64,000 nt of DNA from an uncultured Nitrospiraceae bacterium (GTDB lineage Bacteria > Nitrospirota > Thermodesulfovibrionia > Thermodesulfovibrionales > UBA6898). The translations under genes were made by a program, and so were the position numbers. The notes under the pieces are model-generated. The model did no database searches, had not been told where the DNA came from, and saw nothing but the letters and a program-made list of their open reading frames with translations. The DNA lies in the NCBI GenBank assembly GCA_964461065.1, contig CAYWRK010000012.1:6723-70722 (forward strand), read 5' to 3'. Below are positions 1 to 8,629 of the stretch, piece by piece (the stretch's first letter is position 1; each line of letters starts with the position of its first letter).

Positions 1-1
1 G

Positions 2-2101
2 ACCATCAACGCGATCTTCAGGGCTGCGCATACCATTAAGGGATCCTCGCGCATGTTGAAGCTGACCGCCATAACCGATGTTGCTCACAAGCTGGAAGAT
101 GCCCTTGGGGCTTTGCGTGAAAAACGGATTATTCATACCCAGGAGCTTGCAGGCCTTTTGTTCAGGGGTGTTGACGCTGTATCCGCCATGATACAGAACG
201 TGTCTGCAGGAGAACAGATCACTCTGGACAATGTTTCCCTCTGCGAGTCACTTACTCAGGCGGCCGAGGGCGCAATCGCCCCTGGATCACCAGCAGCAGG
301 CATTGAGGCTCAGGAGAGAAATACCCCGTCTGTTTGCGCTGTTGCACCCACTACCCCAGCAGAGAGCGTTAAGCCGACTGCCCCTCAAAAGGCAAAGCCA
401 ACCGCCTCTGAGAGCATTCGGGTGAAATCCGAAAAGCTCGACGACCTGATACGGCTGATGGGCGAAGTCGTATCACATCAGAATAAGCTCAAGCAGCGCA
501 TCATAGATATCAGCGCTTTGGAGCGTGAAGCGAAGCGAACTCTGGACATCTGCTCCCGGGTCTGCGATGGTCCGTCTCTTATCAATGCCCGGTCTCTGCA
601 TCTGGGACTGAAACAGCTCCTGTCGGTGATGAGGCAGGACAAAACTCTGCAGGACATCCTTACAACTGAATTTCAGGAAAAGGCTCTTATGCTGAGGATG
701 GTACCCCTTTCTACGGCCTTCGACCCTCTGCACAGGCTGGTGCGGGACATTTCGAACTCTCTTGGCAAGGACGTGGACTTTGAGGTGGAAGGCGGCGGAA
801 TCGAGCTTGATAAAAAAATGGTCGAAAAATTGAGCGACCCTCTCGTGCATATGCTCAGAAATTCGATCGATCATGGGATTGAAGACCCGCAGGTTCGCCG
901 GGCAGCCGGTAAAGCACCAAGGGGAACGGTGCGGTTGTCTGCTGCTTATGACGCAGGAAACATCCTTATTGAACTATGCGACGACGGCTCAGGAATTTCG
1001 ACCACAAAAATAAAGGAAAAGGCTCTTTCAAAGAAGCTTTTTGATGAGGCCGCTCTCGACAGTATGCCGCAGGAGGCACTGCTCGACCTGATCTTCCTTC
1101 CCGGCTTCAGTACCAGCGGCATCATCACAGACATCTCGGGCAGGGGAGTTGGCATGGATGTGGTAAAAAGGAACATAGTCGAAGATCTGAAGGGAACGGT
1201 GCATATCAGCACCCAAGAGGGAGTTGGGAGCTCCTTCTTCATCAGACTTCCCATGTCTCTTGCAATCATGCGGATCCTGCTTATTTCCTGTCAGGGAATA
1301 GAGTTTGGCATCACCTCGCACTATGTGATTGAGATCATTAAAATAAAGGCAACCGAAATCATTGATGTAGTCGGCCGGAAGGCGCTGCGACTGCGTGAAG
1401 AGTTCATTCCGATTGCCGAAATGGACGGCGTTCTAAACATCGGGAACAACGGAATTAAAAAGCCGGAAACCCTGCTCATTCTGATTGTGCAGGTCGCTTC
1501 GGAGAAAATAGGCTTCATTGTCGATGCCATTTTAGACGAGGAGAACATGGTGATCAAGCCGCTGCCCGACCACCTGCAGAGAGTCCGGCTTGTTGCGGGA
1601 GTTACTATATCGGGGAAGAACGAAATCATCAACATCCTTAATGTGCCTGCGCTTATGGAGACTGCCAAGAATGCAGGCGTGGTTCGGCCGACAAGCCGTG
1701 AAGATGATGCTGCGGAGCAGGAGATCCATATCCTGGTCGTAGATGACTCCATCAATACACGGGAGATCGAGAAAAGCATCCTCGAGGCGTACGGTTACCG
1801 GGTGACCCTTGCAGGAGATGGTTTAGAGGCCCTTGAAAAAACAGAGCAGTCGAGATACGATCTGGTTATCACTGACGTGGAGATGCCGCGGCTTGATGGT
1901 TTTTCGCTCACCGAGCGACTGAGGGCAGATAATTCTTATAAGCACGTCCCTATCATTATTGTAACGTCGAGGGAAAAGGAAGAAGACAAGCGTCGCGGCA
2001 TCAGCGTTGGCGCAAATGCGTATATCATTAAAGGGTCATTTGATCAAAGCAACCTCGTTGACACGGTGCAGAACCTTATCGGGAAAGGAAAAAATATATG
2101 A
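2..2101 (+). CDS. cheA: CheA-type histidine kinase with C-terminal receiver domain (5' end cut by window edge)
   Basis: The frame is open from nt 2. TINAIFRAAHTIKGSSRMLKL is the HPt phospho-His motif. It is followed by a dimerisation region, HATPase (DHGIED, GRGVGMDVV), a CheW-like P5 region and REC (ILVVDDS...TDVEMPRLDG...AYIIKG). Confidence 0.9.
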   Translation, partial: TINAIFRAAHTIKGSSRMLKLTAITDVAHKLEDALGALREKRIIHTQELAGLLFRGVDAVSAMIQNVSAGEQITLDNVSLCESLTQAAEGAIAPGSPAAGIEAQERNTPSVCAVAPTTPAESVKPTAPQKAKPTASESIRVKSEKLDDLIRLMGEVVSHQNKLKQRIIDISALEREAKRTLDICSRVCDGPSLINARSLHLGLKQLLSVMRQDKTLQDILTTEFQEKALMLRMVPLSTAFDPLHRLVRDISNSLGKDVDFEVEGGGIELDKKMVEKLSDPLVHMLRNSIDHGIEDPQVRRAAGKAPRGTVRLSAAYDAGNILIELCDDGSGISTTKIKEKALSKKLFDEAALDSMPQEALLDLIFLPGFSTSGIITDISGRGVGMDVVKRNIVEDLKGTVHISTQEGVGSSFFIRLPMSLAIMRILLISCQGIEFGITSHYVIEIIKIKATEIIDVVGRKALRLREEFIPIAEMDGVLNIGNNGIKKPETLLILIVQVASEKIGFIVDAILDEENMVIKPLPDHLQRVRLVAGVTISGKNEIINILNVPALMETAKNAGVVRPTSREDDAAEQEIHILVVDDSINTREIEKSILEAYGYRVTLAGDGLEALEKTEQSRYDLVITDVEMPRLDGFSLTERLRADNSYKHVPIIIVTSREKEEDKRRGISVGANAYIIKGSFDQSNLVDTVQNLIGKGKNI

Positions 2102-3252
2102 AACCGAATACTGAAAATGTAACCATACTGGTGGCTGATGATGATCCGCTTGTGCGGGAGATGATTGCGATGATCCTGCAGGACGAGGGGTATTCTGTCG
2201 ACATGGCCGAAAATGGAGCTGAGGCTTTGAAAATATTCGGTTCCGGAGACGGTATCAGCCTCATTGTCTCGGACATGAACATGCCTGAGATGGATGGTCT
2301 GGGCCTGATCAAGGCCATCCGCAATACAGGACACGACGTGCCGATCATAATTCTGACCGGGAACAGTGAGGTTACAACCGCAATCCAGGCCATGAAAACA
2401 GGGGCCAGTGATTATATCCTTAAGGACGAAAATATCCAGGATACCATCGGCATATCAGTAGAAAAGGCGCTTGAAAAACACTTTCTCAAAAAGCAGAACC
2501 AGCAGCTTCTGGAGGAGCTCGCGCGCAGAAACGACAAACTCGAACATGAGAAGGCCCTTGCACAGAAGGTTCAGAAGAATATCCTGCCGCGGGATCTCCG
2601 GTTTCCCGGGTTCGAAGTGGAGTCGTTTTACCGGCCGTCAGACAAGATCGGCGGCGATTTTTTTGACGCCTGGGAGAACCGCGGCATAATACACTTTCTG
2701 ATCGGTGACGTGTCCGGCCACAGTACTTCATCAGCCTTGATCATGGCAGTGAGCAAGGGAATTCTCCAGTCGCTTGGCTATACGCTGAGTGATCCTCGGG
2801 AGATCGTCAGGACTGCAAACCGGATGATCTGCGATATTGTGAGTGACAGCGGCATGTTTCTGACACTGCTGTATGGCGTTTTCGACCGCGCTAAGGATGA
2901 ACTTCTCATTGTTTCGGCGGGCCATAATCCCGTCTTTCTCGTCAGGGGAGAGGATGTCACTCGAATTGACTCAACCGGATCAGTGCTTGGGTGGGATTCA
3001 GAAGACAGATGGGATGCGACTGTCTCAGTTTTTTCACCTGGCACAAGCCTCGTGCTGTATACCGATGGCCTTACAGAAGTGAAGAACCGTGCTGGTTTGG
3101 AATTCGGTGAAGAGGGTCTGGAATCCCTGCTGCGTGATGATCTTACCCCCGGAGCCACGATCAGTAAAATCGTACAGAATGTCGAGACGTTCTGCAGTAA
3201 TGAGTTTCCGGACGATCTGACCCTTTTCATCATAAAACGGATACCTATTTGA
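2098..3252 (+). CDS. Response-regulator receiver fused to PP2C/SpoIIE-type serine phosphatase (RsbU/HsbR-like)
   Basis: N-terminal REC (ILVADDD...SDMNMPEMDG). C-terminal PPM motifs GGDFFD, GDVSGHS and LYTDGLTE. ATGA overlap with the cheA stop. Confidence 0.9.
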   Translation: MKPNTENVTILVADDDPLVREMIAMILQDEGYSVDMAENGAEALKIFGSGDGISLIVSDMNMPEMDGLGLIKAIRNTGHDVPIIILTGNSEVTTAIQAMKTGASDYILKDENIQDTIGISVEKALEKHFLKKQNQQLLEELARRNDKLEHEKALAQKVQKNILPRDLRFPGFEVESFYRPSDKIGGDFFDAWENRGIIHFLIGDVSGHSTSSALIMAVSKGILQSLGYTLSDPREIVRTANRMICDIVSDSGMFLTLLYGVFDRAKDELLIVSAGHNPVFLVRGEDVTRIDSTGSVLGWDSEDRWDATVSVFSPGTSLVLYTDGLTEVKNRAGLEFGEEGLESLLRDDLTPGATISKIVQNVETFCSNEFPDDLTLFIIKRIPI

Positions 3253-3680
3253 TGGATCAGAGAATCATTTCTCTGAAATTTAAGCCCGTCTTCGAGAATG
3301 TTGACTCGGCTCGAATTGCCGTACATAATGCTTGCAGAGATCGGTATCTGCAGCCGGGATCAGAGTCGCTCATAGGCGAGCTCCTGCTGGCCGTCACAGA
3401 GGCGATGAATAATGCAGTAGAGCATTCAGGGGCTGAAGAGGTTGAAATCGAGGTAATTGCCGGATCGCAGAGCCTTGTTTTCCGCATGATGACGGCGGGA
3501 GAGAGATTTGACCCTACGGCTGGTGTTGCTTTTCCTGATCTCGATGATTCTGAAGAACTGCCTGAGGGCGGATTCGGCAGAGCGCTGATTGCGGAAATGG
3601 TGGACTCCGTAACATATGAATATCGTGAAGGCAGAAATATTCTGACACTCGAAAAAAACATGCAAACAAAGGAGGATTAG
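3252..3680 (+). CDS. Anti-sigma-type serine protein kinase (RsbW/SpoIIAB-like HATPase)
   Basis: About 140 aa with N-box LAVTEAMNNAVEHS and G-box PEGGFGRALI. The ATG overlaps the upstream TGA. A TTG at 3249 is also possible. Confidence 0.85.
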   Translation: MDQRIISLKFKPVFENVDSARIAVHNACRDRYLQPGSESLIGELLLAVTEAMNNAVEHSGAEEVEIEVIAGSQSLVFRMMTAGERFDPTAGVAFPDLDDSEELPEGGFGRALIAEMVDSVTYEYREGRNILTLEKNMQTKED

Positions 3681-3684
3681 ACAG

Positions 3685-4047
3685 ATGGAGATTAGTATCA
3701 GCATGGAGGGGGATTTCGTAGTAGCTGACGTAGCTGGTGATCTTGTAGCGAGTACAGCAGAGGAACTCAAGGCCCAGCTGGGAAAGCTGATCGAGAAGAA
3801 CTTTCTTTTCGTGATTCTCGAACTGAGCAAGATAAGCTTCATGGACAGTTCTGGCCTTGGTGCCTGCATGGCTGTTCATAAAGCATTCAATGAGAAAAAA
3901 GGGAGTCTTGTCTGCACAAAGCCGAGCGAGACCGTTGCCAAGGTCTTTCGTGTTACCCGCGCAGATCAGAAGCTGAACATGGCAAATACGCGCCTTGATG
4001 CCATTAAATTCCTGAAGAGTGCAGCGTTAAGCGGGAGGCAGTCATGA
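3685..4047 (+). CDS. STAS-domain anti-sigma-factor antagonist (RsbV/SpoIIAA-like)
   Basis: 120 aa with the conserved phosphorylatable motif FMDSSGLG. AAGGAGG lies 9 nt upstream of the ATG. Confidence 0.9.
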   Translation: MEISISMEGDFVVADVAGDLVASTAEELKAQLGKLIEKNFLFVILELSKISFMDSSGLGACMAVHKAFNEKKGSLVCTKPSETVAKVFRVTRADQKLNMANTRLDAIKFLKSAALSGRQS

Positions 4048-5795
4048 AGATGAACGAATCGACCAAGCTTGGCGAGATTCTGATAGAAAAGAAGATCATT
4101 ACTACTGCTCAGCTTGAGGAGGCTCAGAAGAAGATGCAGGCCCATTCTCTTCCTCTCGGTGAGATGCTGGTAAGGCTAAAATTCGTTTCTGAACATGTCA
4201 TGCTCGACACCCTCAGCAAGCATTTGGGTGTAGATTTTCTGAATATTGCAGAAAACGATTATCAAATCGTGGATCGTTCGTTATCAAGAGTTCTGCCTCT
4301 GGAAATATGCGAGAAACAGAAAGTTCTGCCGATCTATCAGATTATTGATGAAGATCTGCGAGAACTGACCCTGGCGATGGCCAATCCCTTTGATGAAGAT
4401 GTCATTAACGAGGTCGCATCCATAACGGAATGCCGCGTTAACCCGGTACTGGCAACCATCGCATCGATCGAAGGAGGCATTGCCAAGCTTTATGCGATCA
4501 AGACCGATGTCAAGATCGAGAAGTTCTCGATGCAGAAGGGTGATCCAACATCGCTTGTAAACGGGATGCTTCAGACTGCGGTGAGGCTTGGGGCAAGTGA
4601 TATCCATATTGATCCTCATCCGAAAGAGGTCTTTGTGCGGATGAGGGTTGACGGAATTCTGGAGGTTGTTTCTGTCTATCCGACGGAAATGCATTCATCC
4701 GTTTCCACAAGGATTAAGGTAATGGCAAGCGCTGCAAACTCGAACATGAGGATTGAAGAGCGTAGACTCCCGCAGGATGGGGCCATAGCCGGCACATTTG
4801 ACGGGCACCTTGTTGACTGCCGCGTATCTACGCTCCCATCGATATTTGGCGAGAAGATCGTCATGAGGATCTTCGACAAAGACAAGGCTGCCTATATTGG
4901 CCGCATCAGAGACCTCAAGATGTCTCCCCGGATGGAGTTGAAATACCGGCGCTGCGTAAGACATCCGAGCGGGATCAATATTGTTACGGGTCCGACCGGC
5001 AGCGGGAAGACGACAACATTGCACGCCGTGATCAATGAGATCAGCTCGGTTGGCATCAGCGTGGTTACCGTAGAGGATCCCGTCGAATACCAGGCAGGGG
5101 GATATATTAATCAGAGCTCCCTGATGCCCGCTGCCGGGTACAACTACACCCGGGCCCTGCGGGCAATCATGAGGCAAGATCCTGATGTCATTCTGATCGG
5201 TGAAGTAAGGGATCGTGAGACAGCCGAGATCGCAACGCAGGCAGCCTTGACAGGCCATCGCGTCTTCACAACCCTCCATACTGACAATGCAGCAAGCTCG
5301 TTTGCGCGACTGATCGATATCGGTGTCGAGCACTTTCTTGTCTCCTCCACAACGGTCTCATCCCTGAACCAGCGACTTATCCGCAAGGTCTGCACGAACT
5401 GCGCTGAAGAACATGTCCCGACAAAGGTTGAGCTGGCAGATATCGGCATTGACAGCCAGGTTATCAGCGAGATCTTGAATAATCCGCAGCAGTTCAGCAT
5501 GCGAAGGGGAAAGGGCTGTGATATGTGCCGCAAAACCGGTTATCGGGGAAGACAGGGTGTCTATGAACTAATAGCCGTCACCCCGGATATACGCGAGCTC
5601 ATTCATCGGAATCAATCAACTGATGTGATTGCTACAACGGCTAGGGAAAAAGACAATGTGAATATGATCTTCGAGGAGGGGTTGCGGCTTTTCCTGACAG
5701 GGGTTACCACGCTGGGCGAAATGCAGCACCTGCCTCGCGGTGATTATAAGATGAAATCGGTTGAAGAAATCCTGAAGGATTCTGAACTTTCATGA
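4044..5795 (+). CDS. GspE/PilB-family secretion or pilus-assembly ATPase
   Basis: Walker A GPTGSGKTTT, Walker B DPDVILIGEVRD, His box TGHRVFTTLHT and tetracysteine CTNC...CDMC. The N-terminus has T2SSE_N/MshEN-like tandem LGE repeats. ATGA overlap with the STAS gene. Confidence 0.9.
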   Translation: MKMNESTKLGEILIEKKIITTAQLEEAQKKMQAHSLPLGEMLVRLKFVSEHVMLDTLSKHLGVDFLNIAENDYQIVDRSLSRVLPLEICEKQKVLPIYQIIDEDLRELTLAMANPFDEDVINEVASITECRVNPVLATIASIEGGIAKLYAIKTDVKIEKFSMQKGDPTSLVNGMLQTAVRLGASDIHIDPHPKEVFVRMRVDGILEVVSVYPTEMHSSVSTRIKVMASAANSNMRIEERRLPQDGAIAGTFDGHLVDCRVSTLPSIFGEKIVMRIFDKDKAAYIGRIRDLKMSPRMELKYRRCVRHPSGINIVTGPTGSGKTTTLHAVINEISSVGISVVTVEDPVEYQAGGYINQSSLMPAAGYNYTRALRAIMRQDPDVILIGEVRDRETAEIATQAALTGHRVFTTLHTDNAASSFARLIDIGVEHFLVSSTTVSSLNQRLIRKVCTNCAEEHVPTKVELADIGIDSQVISEILNNPQQFSMRRGKGCDMCRKTGYRGRQGVYELIAVTPDIRELIHRNQSTDVIATTAREKDNVNMIFEEGLRLFLTGVTTLGEMQHLPRGDYKMKSVEEILKDSELS

Positions 5796-5831
5796 GCCAG
5801 GCTTCTTCAGCCCTTTAATGGCAGTAATGAT

Positions 5832-7502
5832 ATGACACATCCCAGTAGTGCGGTTCAGGAAAAGCTGAAGGGATTACGGAAGATTTTTTCCGATCAGCTG
5901 CCCGAAAAAATCCGGGAGATTGAAGAAGCTCTCGAAGGTCTGCTCAGGGACGAGTGGGATAAGACCCGGGCTGAAACTGTTGCACGCCTGATTCATACGA
6001 TGGCCGGCACTGCCGGCACCTTTGGCTTCTCTGCAATACGGTCCGCGGCGAAAAGTATTGAGGCACTGCTTCGAACAGCCACAAAGGACAGTGCTCTTCC
6101 GGCAGCCAATCTGCTGGCACAGATGAGAGAACAGTTAGAAACACTCAAGGGCGCCTGCGCAGATGCTGCAGTGACAATGGTCACTCCGGAGGTGATCGGG
6201 CAGGCACCCTTGCCTGTCTGCTCAGACAACGACACTGTTTTTGTTGTCGATAACGACCCCCTGTATACTGATAGCCTTGCTCTACAACTTCGCTGTTATG
6301 GATACAAGGTAGCCGCTTTCAGCACATTCGTTGATCTCATGGCGGCTTTGAGTGCTTCAACACCGCTGATTATTGTCATGGACCTGTCAATTCTCGAAGG
6401 TCAGCATGCCGGCGTAGACGCAGTTGCTGAGCTTCAGCAGAGATGCAGAACGGCAGTCCCCATTGTCTTCCTCTCTGACCGCTCTGATTTTAACGGTCGA
6501 CTGGAGGCAGCGCGCTCAGGCGGAGACGCCTATTTCGTAAAGCCAGTGAATGTTGGACGGCTGGTGGACAGGCTTGATGTTATGACTGCTCGCAGGCCCA
6601 GCACTCCCTTTCGCATCCTGATCGTAGACGACGACCCGCTCTTGGCGGACTTTCATGCAACCGTCTTGCAGCAGGCCGGTATGAGTACCGCAGTGGTCAC
6701 TGATCCTGAGCGGGCGCTGGAGAGCATGATCGACTTCAGGCCAGAGCTCATTTTAATGGATGTGTATATGCCGGGCTGCAGCGGCATGGAACTGGCCAAG
6801 TTGATACGTCAGGATGAGACGTACATTGATATCCCTATAGTATTCCTGTCCTCTGAAACTGACATAGACCGGCAGCTTGCTGCAATGGGCCGTGGAGGCG
6901 ACGATTTTCTAACCAAGCCGATACAGCCCGCCCGCCTGATTACGTCGGTTACGCTTCGTGCTGACCGGTACCGCACTCTGCGGTCCTTTATGCTGTATGA
7001 TGGGTTAACAGGACTTTTAAACCACACGAAGACAAAGGAGCAGTTAGACATCGAAGTCTCTCGCACCACGCGTCAAAAGAGTGAACTCTCCTTTGCCCTG
7101 ATCGATATAGACCTTTTTAAGTCTGTAAACGATACCTATGGCCATCCGGTCGGTGACCAGGTCCTCAAAAGTCTTTCCCGCCTGCTGAAGCAGAGGCTGA
7201 GAACAACGGATATTGTGGGTCGTTTCGGGGGAGAAGAGTTCGCAGTCATTCTCACTGATACCGACGGGCAGACGGCGCACAGGATATTGAACGAACTGAG
7301 GGAGGATTTCTCAAAGATCTGCCACACTCATATGGGTGTCACCTTTAATGTTACTTTTAGCTGCGGTATCGCCAACCCGGAATCGGGGATGACCGGCACT
7401 GCCCTGATCAACGAAGCGGACAAGGCCCTATACGAGGCCAAGCGGGCAGGACGAAACTGCGTGGTCTACGCGAGTGCAGGCGAAGCAGGTTCAGCTTGTT
7501 AG
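5832..7502 (+). CDS. HPt - REC - REC - GGDEF diguanylate cyclase
   Basis: HPt-like RLIHTMAGTAGTFG and two receiver domains (VFVVDND.., ILIVDDD...LMDVYMPGCSG). The GGDEF domain has an intact GGEEF A-site and an RTTD I-site 5 residues upstream. Confidence 0.9.
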   Translation: MTHPSSAVQEKLKGLRKIFSDQLPEKIREIEEALEGLLRDEWDKTRAETVARLIHTMAGTAGTFGFSAIRSAAKSIEALLRTATKDSALPAANLLAQMREQLETLKGACADAAVTMVTPEVIGQAPLPVCSDNDTVFVVDNDPLYTDSLALQLRCYGYKVAAFSTFVDLMAALSASTPLIIVMDLSILEGQHAGVDAVAELQQRCRTAVPIVFLSDRSDFNGRLEAARSGGDAYFVKPVNVGRLVDRLDVMTARRPSTPFRILIVDDDPLLADFHATVLQQAGMSTAVVTDPERALESMIDFRPELILMDVYMPGCSGMELAKLIRQDETYIDIPIVFLSSETDIDRQLAAMGRGGDDFLTKPIQPARLITSVTLRADRYRTLRSFMLYDGLTGLLNHTKTKEQLDIEVSRTTRQKSELSFALIDIDLFKSVNDTYGHPVGDQVLKSLSRLLKQRLRTTDIVGRFGGEEFAVILTDTDGQTAHRILNELREDFSKICHTHMGVTFNVTFSCGIANPESGMTGTALINEADKALYEAKRAGRNCVVYASAGEAGSAC

Positions 7503-7574
7503 TGCATAGCCGTAAAAGTTAGTTCGCTTTGGCTTATGGTAAGAAAAAAACTGTTTTGAAATGCTTATTGAATA

Positions 7575-8525
7575 TTAAAAGCTTAGGTCAACGCAATCAG
7601 GATTTTCTGCAAGCACTGCTTTTGCTTCGGCAATATCTTTGCTGATCTGAGTGATCAGCGCATCAGCGGAATCGAACTTCATTTCCTGCCGCAGTTTCTT
7701 AATGAAATAGATCGTCACTTCCTCGCCGTACAGGTCTTCATTAAAGTCAAAGACATGCACCTCGATCGCAAGAGACTTTGCATTAAACGTAGGTCTGAGG
7801 CCGATATTAACGACCCCGTCATAACAGGTATCCCTTGCAGAGAGTTTCACTGCGTACACACCATCTGCAGGTATGATTGCATGTTTTGAGGCAATGTTTG
7901 CTGTTGGAAAGCCGAGGGTTTTCCCCCTGCTATCACCCTTGATCACAATGCCGGTTATAGCATAAGGTCTGCCTAAAAGTCCTGCTGCATGCTCAACTTC
8001 TCCGGCTTTCAGCAACTGTCTGATCTTGGTGCTGCTGATCACTTCGCTTCTCAGAAAGATCTGCTCCACCTCGTTAACCTTAAAGCCGAATTCCTCACCC
8101 ATCTGCTTCAGGGTTTCTGTAGTGCCTTCCCTTCCCTTGCCAAAACGGTAGTTGCATCCTACAAAGATCTCCTTCGTGCCGAGGAGGTCACAAAGGATCT
8201 TCTTCACGAACGCTGGCGGCGACATTTCAGAGAAATGAAGGGTGAAGGGTATCTTGACCAGCACATCGATGCCTAACTTGCTTAACAGCTCTATCTTCTC
8301 TTCATAGATGCTGATGAGGGGTGGACATTTTTCCGGCGCAAGTACCTTGAGCGGGTGAGGTCTGAAGGTGACGACCATACTCTGGCCCTTAATCTCCTTA
8401 GCCCGTTTTATGACCATACGGACAAGCTCCTGGTGGCCAAGGTGTATGCCGTCAAAGTTGCCCAGCGTTATAACGCTGTTGGTAAAGGGACGGGTAATTT
8501 TGCTGAGATCAGTTATGAGCAGCAT
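7575..8525 (-). CDS. ribF: Bifunctional riboflavin kinase / FMN adenylyltransferase
   Basis: GNFDGIHLGHQ nucleotidyltransferase motif and a C-terminal riboflavin kinase region (GFPTANI, EVHVFDF). Confidence 0.95.
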   Translation of the reverse strand: MLLITDLSKITRPFTNSVITLGNFDGIHLGHQELVRMVIKRAKEIKGQSMVVTFRPHPLKVLAPEKCPPLISIYEEKIELLSKLGIDVLVKIPFTLHFSEMSPPAFVKKILCDLLGTKEIFVGCNYRFGKGREGTTETLKQMGEEFGFKVNEVEQIFLRSEVISSTKIRQLLKAGEVEHAAGLLGRPYAITGIVIKGDSRGKTLGFPTANIASKHAIIPADGVYAVKLSARDTCYDGVVNIGLRPTFNAKSLAIEVHVFDFNEDLYGEEVTIYFIKKLRQEMKFDSADALITQISKDIAEAKAVLAENPDCVDLSF

Positions 8526-8629
8526 AGATTTTCGTGCATTGCAAAGGATTTAAGCAATCTCATGTATAATTATAATGTTTTTCACTATTCTTTGGTTAGA
8601 TAAAAGCAGAAAGTGGTTTTAGAAATATC

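Noticed and set aside
4695-5333. Long antisense or out-of-frame ORFs in the track. Examples: 473-874, 1321-1779, 2778-3326, 4695-5333, 8771-9358, 10056-10730, 14787-15467, 17693-18355, 19860-20507, 21928-22515, 22650-23393, 27657-28346, 45629-46231, 46521-47159, 47146-47670, 48996-49562, 50452-51042 and 55205-55639.
   Set aside because: Each lies entirely within, and opposite or out of frame to, a gene with strong family motifs. The translations are low-complexity and Arg/Ser/Pro-rich with no recognisable motifs. They were treated as shadow ORFs.
7503-7574. Possible bidirectional terminator between the GGDEF gene and ribF
   Set aside because: Only an imperfect stem (ATAGCC/GGCTTAT) with a 19-nt loop is present, which is not convincing.
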